A DNA stretch of 31,760 nt from Bacteroidales bacterium (lineage in GTDB: Bacteria > Bacteroidota > Bacteroidia > Bacteroidales > CG2-30-32-10). The notes beneath the pieces are model-generated. The model ran no database searches. It was given only the letters and a program-made list of their open reading frames with translations, and was not told the DNA's origin. How positions within the stretch are numbered: position 1 is the stretch's first letter; each line of letters begins with the position of its first letter. The position numbers and the translations under genes are program-made. The stretch lies in contig DAOLWT010000001.1 of the NCBI GenBank assembly GCA_035421345.1, positions 1 to 31,760 of the forward strand. The letters run 5' to 3'. Positions 15,257-26,056 of this stretch are shown piece after piece.

Positions 15257-17227
15257 TTAATTTGCTGCAATAACTTTGCTTAATTCATTTAACGCTATAT
15301 TTCCGATAGCACTTTTTCTAAGTTCTCCCATTATCCAGTGTTTCTCCACTTCTACTTCTTTTTTTCTTCTAATCGTATTGAATTTATCTTTCAATAAAGA
15401 GATAGTTGAAATAATTTCTTTTTTATCGATTCTTTTAAATTGAATGGTAACCAATGCCGATTCAAAATCTATTTGAGGGTGCTCATAAATAACCGGAAGT
15501 ATTCGTTTTGCTATTTGAATATCTAATTTTTCATCTTTTATAAACTTAAAAAGATCGTAAATTTTTTCGTAATTAAATTTAGAGGCAGGAACATAATGAC
15601 CTTCTACAAATTTTAATTTATGTCCGAAGAAAGTACCTATAAATTTAGGGTCATACCCTAGTTCTGTACAAATTTTTTCAATTAGCGGGAAGTGATTTCG
15701 TTTAAAAATAAAGGTATATGTATCTTCCGGCACATTCCATTTTTTCAACTGATTATATCGTTCAATAATATCGTGAGGAAGATTTTTGCTAAGTTTATCT
15801 AAATAATCGTTTGGTAAAGGAATCGGCTTCGAGTCGGTATCTGGATACATTCGGTCGGCACCGGGAAGTACTCTTTCAAAAATAGTAGTTCCGTCTTTAA
15901 ACGATTTTCTGGTTTCGGGAGGAACGCCGGCAAATGCCATTTTACAACGTTCTTCAATGGTTTCTAAGGCAGTGGGAATATCTTCTTCGGGACCCCAGAA
16001 AATAAGTTGAGCATCCTCGTCGGCACTTTTTAGCAGTTTTTTTATTTTAATAAAATCGGCTTCATTTACAATAGGGGTAAATTCTTCCGAATGAGTCATA
16101 TTAGGCTTTTCGAGACAAGCAATTACTTTTAGTCGATCGCTAATTTCGTGGGCAAACATTTTATCGGGTTGTGTAAAATGAGACAGAATTCCCTGAAAAT
16201 GGGGAAGGTTAACAGCTACTAAAATATTTTTTTCTTTTTTAGCTTCTTTCAAAGGAGCATAAGAACCTTTAACCATGGTATATGGAATTACGACCTGGTT
16301 TATTTTCCAGTTTTTAGGTTCTGAATATCTATTGTTTAATATTTTTTTAATGTTTAACAATGCCCACTGACGGAAACATTCATTATGCGTTAATTCAGGA
16401 ATCCATTTGGTGTGAGCCACCCCTTTTATTTCTACACGGGTTCCTCCTTTACAGCTCACATTAACATCTTCTCTACCGGCACCAATACCAACTCTTACCA
16501 ATCCGGTACTTCTATTTAAAAAACGAATATAATCGCAGGCTTCTTTTACCTCATTGGGGTTAGTCATATCGGGATAAGTAACTGTTTCTATGAGAGGCAT
16601 TCCCAATCGATCCGTTTTATATATGCGGGTATGTTTAATATCGCTAACTTCACGACAAGAGTCTTCTTCTAAACTTAATTGGATTAAACGTACTTTTTTA
16701 TTTTTTAATGGTATTTCACCTTCTACTCCAATAATCGCGGTACGTTGAAAACCGGCAGGAATACTGCCATCGAGATACTGTTTACGGGTTATATGAACTT
16801 CTCCAACAATTTTAAGTTTAGATAAAAAAGATATTTTAATTGCATTTTCCAACGCTTCTCTGTTGAGCGGGAAAGGGGGTGTATCATCTACATCGTAAGT
16901 ACACGTTGTTTCATTTTTTATCCGATACACAATATTTTTACGGGTTTTAAATTCCATTAAAGCGGTCCCGTCGTACTCGCCTAGTTCGCTTAATGTAGGG
17001 CGCATATGTCGAATAACTTCGGCGTCGTACACCTCATTATCATTAAAACAACCGGCAGGACAACGACAAAACAATTTTTGTTTCGTATAAATTTGCTGGT
17101 GAACTTCCAGTCCCGACATAAAACCTATTTCATCGTATGTTTGTTGTGTTGCTTTTTTTCGAGGAACATATCCAATGGCTTGTTTCGTTTCGTTGTAATT
17201 CTGTAAAGAATCAAATTTATTTTTCAT
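15257..17227 (-). CDS. gatE: Glu-tRNA(Gln) amidotransferase subunit E (archaeal-type)
   Basis: GLEVHQQ..T..KLFC.CP, SELGEYD, DGS...GFQRT, LEED..R, DRLG.PLIE, DVNVS..GG.RVEIKGV, a GAD-sized insertion and LPGADRMYPDTD; 656 aa; adjacent to gatD. Confidence 0.9.
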   Translation of the reverse strand: MKNKFDSLQNYNETKQAIGYVPRKKATQQTYDEIGFMSGLEVHQQIYTKQKLFCRCPAGCFNDNEVYDAEVIRHMRPTLSELGEYDGTALMEFKTRKNIVYRIKNETTCTYDVDDTPPFPLNREALENAIKISFLSKLKIVGEVHITRKQYLDGSIPAGFQRTAIIGVEGEIPLKNKKVRLIQLSLEEDSCREVSDIKHTRIYKTDRLGMPLIETVTYPDMTNPNEVKEACDYIRFLNRSTGLVRVGIGAGREDVNVSCKGGTRVEIKGVAHTKWIPELTHNECFRQWALLNIKKILNNRYSEPKNWKINQVVIPYTMVKGSYAPLKEAKKEKNILVAVNLPHFQGILSHFTQPDKMFAHEISDRLKVIACLEKPNMTHSEEFTPIVNEADFIKIKKLLKSADEDAQLIFWGPEEDIPTALETIEERCKMAFAGVPPETRKSFKDGTTIFERVLPGADRMYPDTDSKPIPLPNDYLDKLSKNLPHDIIERYNQLKKWNVPEDTYTFIFKRNHFPLIEKICTELGYDPKFIGTFFGHKLKFVEGHYVPASKFNYEKIYDLFKFIKDEKLDIQIAKRILPVIYEHPQIDFESALVTIQFKRIDKKEIISTISLLKDKFNTIRRKKEVEVEKHWIMGELRKSAIGNIALNELSKVIAAN

Positions 17228-17293
17228 TCAGAAGAAATATATAATAGTAAATTAATAACAAACAAAAGTAAAAATAACTTTAGTATGATAAAA

Positions 17294-17701
17294 TTAAATA
17301 AGCTGTTTATTTTTTTCTTTTATTAACTTTATTTTTTTCATAAAAAGGAACACATATACCCCACCAAAACATCCCACTACATCAAAAATAAAATCGTTTA
17401 TATCGGCTGTTCGTCCTTTAAAAACGAATGCCTGTAATAGTTCGGTTAATCCGCTGTAAGCTATTCCAATAACTAAAACCAAAGGGATAGTAAAACGATA
17501 AAGAAAAGAAAATTTTTGTTGAAATAAGAAACCTCGTGATAATAAAAATACCAATATAAAAAATAAACCGGTATGTATTATTTTATCGAAATAAGGAATT
17601 TGTAAAAAAGGCCGATTCGAAAGTTGATCGCCAGGAATTCCCAGTACGATTAAAATAAAAATAGCCCACGTAATTCCAGGATAGTTATATTTAAGAAACA
17701 T
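17294..17701 (-). CDS. VanZ-family membrane protein
   Basis: DKIIH, TELLQ and GRTADINDFIFDVVG motifs. ATG at 17701 is preferred because 17706-17734 is a terminator hairpin. Confidence 0.8.
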   Translation of the reverse strand: MFLKYNYPGITWAIFILIVLGIPGDQLSNRPFLQIPYFDKIIHTGLFFILVFLLSRGFLFQQKFSFLYRFTIPLVLVIGIAYSGLTELLQAFVFKGRTADINDFIFDVVGCFGGVYVFLFMKKIKLIKEKNKQLI

Positions 17702-17705
17702 AAAG

Positions 17706-17734
17706 AAAAAAGCCGGAGAAAATTTCCGGCTTTT
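17706..17734 (-). terminator. Intrinsic terminator after gcvH
   Basis: AAAAGCCGGA/TCCGGCTTTT stem followed by a T-run on the minus strand. Confidence 0.7.
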
Positions 17735-17740
17735 CATATT

Positions 17741-18121
17741 TTAATGAACGGTTAGTTCTCTATATTTACTTGCCGATAAGAGCTCATTAACTTGAGCTGG
17801 TTCGGTTAATTTTATTTTTACAATCCAACCTTCTCCGTAAGGATCTTTGTTAATTAATTCCGGATTCGATTCAAGTGCTTCGTTAAATGCGAGTATTTCG
17901 CCCGAAACAGGCATAAACATATCGGATACAGTTTTAACCGCTTCAATAGTTCCAAATGTTTCTTCTTTTTCTATAATTTCTCCAATGGTATCTACTTCTA
18001 CAAAAACGATATCGCCTAATTCACTTTGAGCAAAATCGGTAACGCCTATATAAGCTTCGCCACCTTCTACTCTTAACCATTCATGATCTTTGGTGTATTT
18101 TAAATTTTCAAGTATATTCAT
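17741..18121 (-). CDS. gcvH: Glycine cleavage system H protein
   Basis: [23 protein letters not shown], lipoyl-lysine motif EAVKTVSD and NKDPYGEGW. Confidence 0.97.
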   Translation of the reverse strand: MNILENLKYTKDHEWLRVEGGEAYIGVTDFAQSELGDIVFVEVDTIGEIIEKEETFGTIEAVKTVSDMFMPVSGEILAFNEALESNPELINKDPYGEGWIVKIKLTEPAQVNELLSASKYRELTVH

Positions 18122-18150
18122 TGTATTATTTATTTTTTAAATTATGTTGC

Positions 18151-18158
18151 CAAAATTA
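18151..18158 (-). promoter_or_regulatory. -7 promoter element (TAATTTTG) upstream of gcvH
   Basis: Matches TAnnTTTG in the sprA-gcvH intergenic region. Confidence 0.5.
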
Positions 18159-18196
18159 CATTTTTTAACAAAACAACGCAACAATTTTAATAAATT

Positions 18197-21100
18197 TTAT
18201 TGAGCAAGGGTAAATTTAAGACTAAAACCTGCATTTGTGCTCGAATTTAAGAACATGGAAGGCACATATGGGTTTGTTACAATTTTATCGAAGAAGAATT
18301 TAATGGTAAACTTATCGTTTATTAAGTAATCAGCAGAAACACTAATAGAAATAATACGCTGACCGGTAGAAATCTGATTTATATCTTCCACAATTTTTCT
18401 TAATACTGTTTTATTCGATTTAATAGAAACATCCGATTTAATATTTAAATCGCTTTTTAATTTTTTCGATTTTCCACCATTTAAGCCTTTTACATTTAAC
18501 ACTACATCTTTTATTCTATATCCTAGTCCTACAACTATTTCGTTGCTACTTATTTCCGTAAGTTGATTGTTGGCAAAACTGAGTGATAAATCGCGACTTC
18601 TTTTGAATTCAATATTTGAAATTAAACTATTATTCCAAGTCATATCAATATTTAACAATGGGTTAAATTGTTCGGTTAATACCACTTGTGCAATTTCGTG
18701 TTGAGGAACATAATTACTGCTTAATTTATCTTTAATATCGGATAATCCATCTTGGTTGTTATCGGCATACAAAATATCGGAAGTATAGGCTCCAATGGTA
18801 TATGTAGATTTGTAAGCATGACTAATAGAAAGCGTTTTTAAATATTTTTTAACAAAGGTAAGCTTAGATAATCCGTTATACGTAATTCTCCAGTTTGGAA
18901 TAGGAATATCTCTGAGCGAAAATTTTTCGGAGAATGCATTTAGTTTAACCTTTTCGGGTTCTTTATTGGTATAAGCTGAAAGGAAAGCGGGAATAAGAAC
19001 ATCTTGGGAAGTTGGTCCATATCCAAGCGGATAAACATCGCCGGAAATGGAATCAACCATGGTTAACGAATTTGCTTGCCAATGTTTATTATTTTCGGCT
19101 AATCGCCATGCAATTACCAATCTGTTTTCTTTAAATTTCTCAAATACTTCGTTAGAATGGGTAATCTTATCTTCTTTGTTCATAAATGCCGTAGGCCAAG
19201 TTAAATAAGAAACACTATACGCTCCTTTTTCTATGGGACTATATTCTTTATATTTAGAAGAAACAGGATCCCATTTAATATATTCTGAATGATTTTTAGA
19301 GAATGTACGTGTTGATGTTAATTCAATAATAAATTTACTGAAAGGTTCAATAGTTGCACGTGCAGTAAAATTATCGGTTAATTTGGAAGCAAACTGGCTA
19401 TTAAGCATCGAATCTTTCGATATCCAATTGTTTTCCATAGCACGTTCTCGAATTTGATTAATATCGCCAAAAACATAGCCCCAACCCGGTGATTTCCACT
19501 TATTATCCATACCTAGAATAGATGGGTTATTTACAAAACCGGGGAGATAAGTTCCATTTCCTTGAGAATAGGTAAACGAAACTGTTTTAATGCCCATAAA
19601 GAACTTAAGTATATTGTCAACTATCGATTTAGATATATTCGTTTTATTAGAATCAACACCGGTGCTATCGGTCGATTTTTTAGCTTTAGCAACAATAGTA
19701 GTCGATGATTTTTCTTGGTTCAACTTTTTTAAATAATTAATCTTATTGTATAAATTGGTAAAACTAAAACTTCCGTTAAGTTGTTTAGAGTTAGAGTTTT
19801 CAATAATATTTCCCAGATTAACCGATGAAAGTGGAGCTCCCTGCCAAGAATAAATACCTGTATATTTTGCAGAAGAAGTAACCCAATTAAACCATGAAAT
19901 TTTATTAATAGGAATGGTATAATTTACATTTAAGGTTTGATCGTAATTGGTAATTCTTCCAAAATTTTTCATATTTTCCATTATAGAATCCGTTTTCCAT
20001 CCATAATCGGAGTCTTCTTTATCAATACGGCCATCCGGTTCATCTATTCTGGCATCGGCTGTTGCTGTAATATCGGCTTTCAGGTTTTGTGTTAAATCGA
20101 ACTTCATCCCATAATCTCTTGCCCATGAGAAAGATTTAATATAGGTAGTATCTATTAATATATCGGCTTTTGACTTATTTCTTAGTTTATTTTCGGCATA
20201 CATTCTATCTAAATCGGTTCTGAATGTTAACGATTTAGGCATTAAATAAAAGTTGAAATCTTTTACAATTTTAAGTGGCTTAGCAGAAAAAAACTTGACT
20301 TTAGATAAAGGGGTAAAGTTTTTAGGTGAATTTGTAAATGTATATCCTATAGAACCTTTATATGTTTTTTTAAAGTCATGTTCAATATCAATATTGCGAT
20401 GATATTGTTCTGTATAAGAATAGGTAAAGTCAAGATTTTCAACATCATAAATATGCGATTTAGAGGATGTCCCCGTTTTTTCTTTTTTAACATTTACAAA
20501 ATTTAAACTTTTTCTTACAGTAAGTTCTTGTCCTAACGCTTTTACCGAATCTCTTTCTTCTTTACTGGCATATGTATCAATATCTTCATCAAACAATAAA
20601 TCCGGATTCAGCGGATTATATTGAGGATCGCTTACATTATGGGAATAATCGAAGTGCATTGGAATTTTAATACCCGTTTTTTCCGGTAGGAATTTACCTA
20701 ATTCCAAGCTGGTTGCAATAGCATATTCTTTAATCGTTTCTTTCGATCTTTCGCTAATTTTTTTCTCAATACTTCCGAATCCGGGAGTACTTATTTTACC
20801 GGCCATGGTAGCTGTTCCTAAATCGGCGAGTGTTGCATTTACAGTAGAAGTAGCAGCCCATCCGCCTTTTTCATTAAAATCGGTTAATCTTAACTCGTTA
20901 ACCCATACTTCGGCCGATTTAGCCATTCCGTCATCATTTATTGTACCCGCTGATTTTTTAGGATTTCTTAACCCTATCATAATTACTTTCACGCTACTTA
21001 ATGTAGGCATTCCCACAACTGTTACTTTTCGTCCATTATCAGAAGTAGTGTAAGGTGTTGATAAAGTAACTCCTGACCCGGGAACCCGCATCTGAATATT

Positions 21101-24100
21101 TCTCTCCATTTTTAAGTTCTGCAAAACATTTAATGTAATGTTAAACTCGTTGGAGTCGGGCCAAATAATATCGGGATTTGATGTTGTTGTATACCATGGT
21201 GTTGGAGTAAGCGGTATTTCATATTCATAGTAATTGTCGGTAAAATCGGTACCTAATCGCATAAAAATGGTAAGGTCTCCTTCTTTAATGTTATCGTTTG
21301 TGCCAACAGCTTCTTCGTGAACAAACATCCTCAATGTTTTAAATTCACGCATATCAAAATCGCATGTTTTATAGCAAACACGAGCATCACCATCCATAAG
21401 ATGAACCACTTTCAGTGAAAGCGATTGTTCATTTAATTCCTGAAGATTGGTTGTCCCCAAATTAATTTCTCTTTCAATACCGGGAGGTATTACATATGGG
21501 ACAGGGATTTTTTCAGCATTCTCTTCAATATTAACCACCGACACATCAAAAGTGGTATTGTTATTATCATCCATTTCGTATTCACCCGGAACTAATGAAA
21601 GGTTGTATTTGCGCCATTCTCCGCGTACTAATTCTAAAGAAGCAAAACGAAGAACCGTACTTTCAGCCCATCCTTTCATAAACATACGCATAAACCGAAT
21701 AGATTTAAAATCTTGTATATTTCCTACAACTTTATCGGGGTTTTTGATTGGAATTTTAAACTGATACCATTTAACCTTGGCTTTCTTATCGTTCGAAAGT
21801 AGAACAGCAGGTGCTTCATACATATCGGTAATATAATTTTCTCCAACTACCATTTTGTTCGGAGTTAATTCAATGCGATATTGGAAATAACGTTCCGATT
21901 CGCTTAAGGTATTATCCTTGTTTATATCTTCTGTATTGGGAATAGTTGATGATTGTGTCGGATAGTCTTCTGCTGACTGTGTAGAAGCCGGTGAATTTCC
22001 ATCAACCCCATTATATTTTTTATATCTCTCTAAGATGCTTTTGCTTTCATTATCGTAATCAGAACCTCTGAAATAATGATAATTATCGGAAGAAGGATCT
22101 GTTTTTGCCGCTGCTTGTAGATTTGCCGGCAGTTTCTGAATATAAACTGAATCAAAATAACTACGTTCATCTTCATCCATCAAACCATCATACCCAACAT
22201 CCTGATATTTTCTGGCATCCGGATTATTATCGAATGAATTGGTTAATGCCTGAATGGTTGGTACTCTTCCCCAAACAGTTGTATCAACATCAGTAACAGT
22301 CGTGGTTGTTGGCAAACCATTTTCGAAACTTTTTCTAGAGTCGCGCAATACATCTTCTGAAATATCTCCTAAATTAAAATATATTTCTCCTGTAGGCGGG
22401 TTGGGTAAAGTTTCTCCCAAGCCTTCCGGATTTATAAAAGGATCCATTAACCAGAATTCGATATATTCCATATTAGTGGCTTCAAAATCGGTTGTTTCTA
22501 CCTTTCGCATTATACCACCCCACATTTTTTCGGGATTCAAAAATTCACCGTTTGCAGGGTTAATATTTTCTGTATTATAATTATAAGGACCTCTTTCTTT
22601 CGGATAATATGCTAAATCGAGCATGGCTAAAATAACAGGCTGACCGGTAGGAGTTTCTTTATTAGGAAATATTTCATCTTCATAAATTATTCTTACATGA
22701 TGATTTGATAATTCATCTTTTGTAATATTAGATGGTAATAAATTACTATTTAATCTGAAGACAGAATGATCGATGGTATACCAGCATAATTTTGCAACAT
22801 TAAAACGAAACTTTAAACCGGTTCCCAGGGCTCCTTCCGGAAATAAATTCGTTTGGTTTTGAGGTGTACTGGCAAGCTGCCATGTTGAAATATTTTTCAT
22901 ATCGATAGAAGATTTACTTCCTTCAAAATCATCGATATATGAAGTTCCTGTTTTGCCTACTGCACGGGCATGTCCGGGTATTAAATGGGCAAATTCGCCG
23001 GTAATACTTATTTTAGATGGTGTTTTTGTGCTATAAAAAGGTAATTTATCCAGTAATTTAGTAATAAATACCGACTCTTTTTCATAGGATCCATTTAATC
23101 CCCAAATGGTATTTGATATTGGTTCGTCTCCAAAATTGGTTTTTTGAGTTATTGGTTTTTCCGTTAAATTTAAAATAGTAGCACCGAGCATAAAGTTTTT
23201 ATTTACTTCATGATCAATGTGTGTTCCCATTAATGTTTTGGTTTGAATATTAAACAAGGAATTACTTTCAAGATTAATTTGAATAGGAGTGCCTGAATTT
23301 AATATGCCTTCGTTAATAACTTTTACTCTTCCTAAGGTATAATCTACCGTATAATCAACGTTTTCGGTGAGTTGTATTCCACCTGCAGTAACTTTAACAG
23401 AACCTTGTGGAACATTCATCGCATTCAACGAAATTTCAGAACTCGAAGAAGATTTATAGGTGCCAATAATAGAGAATTTATTTTTATCAGGATATTGCTG
23501 CGCCCCTGTTTTGGTCATTGTGTACAAGGAATCGTAACAATATTTATCAGCGATGGTATTATCGTTAAATTTATTTCTAAGATCTTTCCCAAAAGGTTCC
23601 AGTACTGGAAAAAATATTCTTCCATTGGAAGATTGAACCGTTCCTCCCTGCGTAGCAGCCATATCAATAAAGTCGAAAACCCCATCGGGAGAGGGATCTA
23701 ATTGTGTATTTAAATTATCTAAATTTAATATTCTTATAATAGGAATTCCTTTTACATCGCTATTTCCTTCCGAGAAATAACCTACCGGAACTCCATTTTC
23801 GCTATTGGTATATACAATATTTAAACGAAAATCTTCTTGGTTTACCTGATAAGCACCTAACGCATACACGTTTTTCATCATTAAATTCCAAAGGGGTACT
23901 TTTGTATTTAAAGAAGTACTTTTTATTAATTTTACGATTAATGCATTAGGACCGGCAATATCGGTTGAAAAATCTCCCACCTGATAAACCGAATCATCTC
24001 CAACAATGGTATATTGGTATGCCACAGCAAGAACCTGATCGGCATTTAAGGTAGAACTTAATGAAATAAACCCCAACTTACTATTGTATGTAAATTCGGT

Positions 24101-25429
24101 GGGTAACAATTTTTTAGCTAACTCCACTTTTTCAAAATCAACTCCAGAAACTAAGTTAAGAGTACCTCCTAAATAATTACTAGCCTGATTAATATCGCGT
24201 ATGCTTGAATTATTGGTTAAGGAGTATAAATTATTTGAATAATTCGATGGATTTACAATAGAACCGGGAGTTATAACATTCGTATTATACGGATTGTATT
24301 CTCCTAAATCTGTTAAGGCTACTACATTTCGGTTATCGGTAGTAGCAGCACCAATATTGGTTATCCAAACTTCAATTTTAGTTATATTAATATTTGAATT
24401 TACGATAGGCAAGGATTGCAATGCCCCATTATATTTATTTCTGTAATATTGAGAAAGAAAATAATGCTTGTTTTCTTCATATTGATCTGCTTTTACTTCA
24501 AATTCACTGATTTGTGCTCCTCCCGAGACTTCAATGGTAGAGGATTTACTTTTTTGCTGGGAGAAAACACTGGTTACGGTTGTTTTTCCGAATTGCAGTT
24601 TTGTTTTTATACCAAAAAGGCTCTGACTTCCAGTAATAAGCGTACTATTTAAAGGCAAGGTAACATCGCCGGCTTCAATTATTTTAATTATCTCATCTTC
24701 TTTCCCTTCGTAAGCTAATTTCATCTTGTTTTCAAATTCGAAGGTTGCTTCTGTATTATAATTCATGCCCAATTGAATTTTATCGCCGATTTTAGCGGTA
24801 ACATTCATCTGGATTTTTTCTTGAAAATCGAAATTGGCATTTCTTCTTTGTTTTACATCTAAAGAGGGGTCTTCCCTCCTCATGGCATTAATTCCGAAAA
24901 TTAATTCGGCCGAACCTTGCGGACGAATATCGATGGCATTGCTACCAAAAATTTTATCGAAGGCTTCCCCTCCTATATGTATTTTAGGAATTAAAGACGA
25001 CCCTTTCGCTGTATTATAAGCATCGCTTTTATTTTTCCAATATTCTTTTAATGATTTATTTGATTCAAATTTCTGATATTCTTCAAAAGACATTTCGTTG
25101 GGCGGAGAAAGATTATAATCGCCAATTTTTTTGGTAAATATATATGAGTTGCTAATTGGGTCGTAATAAACACTATCGGCAACATTCGCCGGATTTTTTA
25201 AATAAAAAGGGCTTTCATTCGTATTCCCATTAAACGGATATTCGTCCTTATCGTTAAAGGGGAAAGGAAGATTTAGGGTGTCGTCTTTAATGGTATCATC
25301 ATTTATGAAAGACTTTGGAGTAGAAGCAATATACTCAAGTGGATAAAAAGTTGCATTCGATATCCAGCCGATGAATATAAAACAACCTATTAAAAATATT
25401 TGAAGTATAATTTTTATTTTTCTATTCAA
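18197..25429 (-). CDS. sprA: Type IX secretion system translocon SprA (Sov)
   Basis: 2410 aa; FGSNAIDIRPQGSAEL, FDFQEKIQMNV.AKIGDK, GKEDEIIK.IEAG.V and WVNELRL; in the malic enzyme-ruvA-sprA-gcvH-vanZ gene order typical of Bacteroidota. Confidence 0.95.
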   Translation of the reverse strand: MNRKIKIILQIFLIGCFIFIGWISNATFYPLEYIASTPKSFINDDTIKDDTLNLPFPFNDKDEYPFNGNTNESPFYLKNPANVADSVYYDPISNSYIFTKKIGDYNLSPPNEMSFEEYQKFESNKSLKEYWKNKSDAYNTAKGSSLIPKIHIGGEAFDKIFGSNAIDIRPQGSAELIFGINAMRREDPSLDVKQRRNANFDFQEKIQMNVTAKIGDKIQLGMNYNTEATFEFENKMKLAYEGKEDEIIKIIEAGDVTLPLNSTLITGSQSLFGIKTKLQFGKTTVTSVFSQQKSKSSTIEVSGGAQISEFEVKADQYEENKHYFLSQYYRNKYNGALQSLPIVNSNINITKIEVWITNIGAATTDNRNVVALTDLGEYNPYNTNVITPGSIVNPSNYSNNLYSLTNNSSIRDINQASNYLGGTLNLVSGVDFEKVELAKKLLPTEFTYNSKLGFISLSSTLNADQVLAVAYQYTIVGDDSVYQVGDFSTDIAGPNALIVKLIKSTSLNTKVPLWNLMMKNVYALGAYQVNQEDFRLNIVYTNSENGVPVGYFSEGNSDVKGIPIIRILNLDNLNTQLDPSPDGVFDFIDMAATQGGTVQSSNGRIFFPVLEPFGKDLRNKFNDNTIADKYCYDSLYTMTKTGAQQYPDKNKFSIIGTYKSSSSSEISLNAMNVPQGSVKVTAGGIQLTENVDYTVDYTLGRVKVINEGILNSGTPIQINLESNSLFNIQTKTLMGTHIDHEVNKNFMLGATILNLTEKPITQKTNFGDEPISNTIWGLNGSYEKESVFITKLLDKLPFYSTKTPSKISITGEFAHLIPGHARAVGKTGTSYIDDFEGSKSSIDMKNISTWQLASTPQNQTNLFPEGALGTGLKFRFNVAKLCWYTIDHSVFRLNSNLLPSNITKDELSNHHVRIIYEDEIFPNKETPTGQPVILAMLDLAYYPKERGPYNYNTENINPANGEFLNPEKMWGGIMRKVETTDFEATNMEYIEFWLMDPFINPEGLGETLPNPPTGEIYFNLGDISEDVLRDSRKSFENGLPTTTTVTDVDTTVWGRVPTIQALTNSFDNNPDARKYQDVGYDGLMDEDERSYFDSVYIQKLPANLQAAAKTDPSSDNYHYFRGSDYDNESKSILERYKKYNGVDGNSPASTQSAEDYPTQSSTIPNTEDINKDNTLSESERYFQYRIELTPNKMVVGENYITDMYEAPAVLLSNDKKAKVKWYQFKIPIKNPDKVVGNIQDFKSIRFMRMFMKGWAESTVLRFASLELVRGEWRKYNLSLVPGEYEMDDNNNTTFDVSVVNIEENAEKIPVPYVIPPGIEREINLGTTNLQELNEQSLSLKVVHLMDGDARVCYKTCDFDMREFKTLRMFVHEEAVGTNDNIKEGDLTIFMRLGTDFTDNYYEYEIPLTPTPWYTTTSNPDIIWPDSNEFNITLNVLQNLKMERNIQMRVPGSGVTLSTPYTTSDNGRKVTVVGMPTLSSVKVIMIGLRNPKKSAGTINDDGMAKSAEVWVNELRLTDFNEKGGWAATSTVNATLADLGTATMAGKISTPGFGSIEKKISERSKETIKEYAIATSLELGKFLPEKTGIKIPMHFDYSHNVSDPQYNPLNPDLLFDEDIDTYASKEERDSVKALGQELTVRKSLNFVNVKKEKTGTSSKSHIYDVENLDFTYSYTEQYHRNIDIEHDFKKTYKGSIGYTFTNSPKNFTPLSKVKFFSAKPLKIVKDFNFYLMPKSLTFRTDLDRMYAENKLRNKSKADILIDTTYIKSFSWARDYGMKFDLTQNLKADITATADARIDEPDGRIDKEDSDYGWKTDSIMENMKNFGRITNYDQTLNVNYTIPINKISWFNWVTSSAKYTGIYSWQGAPLSSVNLGNIIENSNSKQLNGSFSFTNLYNKINYLKKLNQEKSSTTIVAKAKKSTDSTGVDSNKTNISKSIVDNILKFFMGIKTVSFTYSQGNGTYLPGFVNNPSILGMDNKWKSPGWGYVFGDINQIRERAMENNWISKDSMLNSQFASKLTDNFTARATIEPFSKFIIELTSTRTFSKNHSEYIKWDPVSSKYKEYSPIEKGAYSVSYLTWPTAFMNKEDKITHSNEVFEKFKENRLVIAWRLAENNKHWQANSLTMVDSISGDVYPLGYGPTSQDVLIPAFLSAYTNKEPEKVKLNAFSEKFSLRDIPIPNWRITYNGLSKLTFVKKYLKTLSISHAYKSTYTIGAYTSDILYADNNQDGLSDIKDKLSSNYVPQHEIAQVVLTEQFNPLLNIDMTWNNSLISNIEFKRSRDLSLSFANNQLTEISSNEIVVGLGYRIKDVVLNVKGLNGGKSKKLKSDLNIKSDVSIKSNKTVLRKIVEDINQISTGQRIISISVSADYLINDKFTIKFFFDKIVTNPYVPSMFLNSSTNAGFSLKFTLAQ

Positions 25430-25450
25430 AGCAAGATAAAAAATTTGTTT

Positions 25451-26053
25451 TTATAATAATTTTAAGGCTTGTTTAATCGCTTCTTCTAAGCTAATATTAG
25501 CTGCTTCGGTTTTAAGTACCCTATCTAACGCTTTTTCGGCTGTATTTTTCTGAAAACCGAGCATAACCAAAGCACTTAACGCTTCATTTCGAAAAGTATT
25601 GTTTAAAGGCAATAATATTTCTTTGGCGAGGATGCCTTTTCCTATTTTATCTTTTAAATCAATAATGAGTCGTTGTGCTGTTTTTTCGCCTATCCCTTTT
25701 ACTTTTCTAAATGTAGAAACTTCTCCCAAGCTTATGGCCGATACTACTTCGGATGTAGTTAGCGATGAAAGAATTAATCGGGCTGTATTATTTCCCACTC
25801 CCGAAACGGAAGTTAATTCTAAAAAAATATTTTTTTCTTGTTCGGTGGCAAATCCATAAATAACCATGCCTACCGGAGTGGTTGCTTCGGATTTTATAAT
25901 AGCATGAGCAAATAATTTACAAGTATTATTTACCTCAGGCAGAGCCGAATACGTGTTTAAAGAAATCAAAAGTGCAAACCCAACACCGCTACAATCTATT
26001 ACAGCATATGTTGGCGTTTTTTCCGAAAGTCGTCCTTCTATATATGAAAACAT
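25451..26053 (-). CDS. ruvA: Holliday junction branch migration protein RuvA
   Basis: VIDCSGVG, LTSVSGVG..TA..ILS, VKGIGEKTAQR.IIDLKDK and EALSALVMLGF. Confidence 0.96.
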   Translation of the reverse strand: MFSYIEGRLSEKTPTYAVIDCSGVGFALLISLNTYSALPEVNNTCKLFAHAIIKSEATTPVGMVIYGFATEQEKNIFLELTSVSGVGNNTARLILSSLTTSEVVSAISLGEVSTFRKVKGIGEKTAQRLIIDLKDKIGKGILAKEILLPLNNTFRNEALSALVMLGFQKNTAEKALDRVLKTEAANISLEEAIKQALKLL

Positions 26054-26056
26054 GTA

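Noticed and set aside
18197-25429. SprA as the dedicated exporter of the Rhs toxins
   Set aside because: It is about 10 kb away in a conserved housekeeping cluster. The Rhs N-terminus is outside the window, so the secretion route cannot be read.
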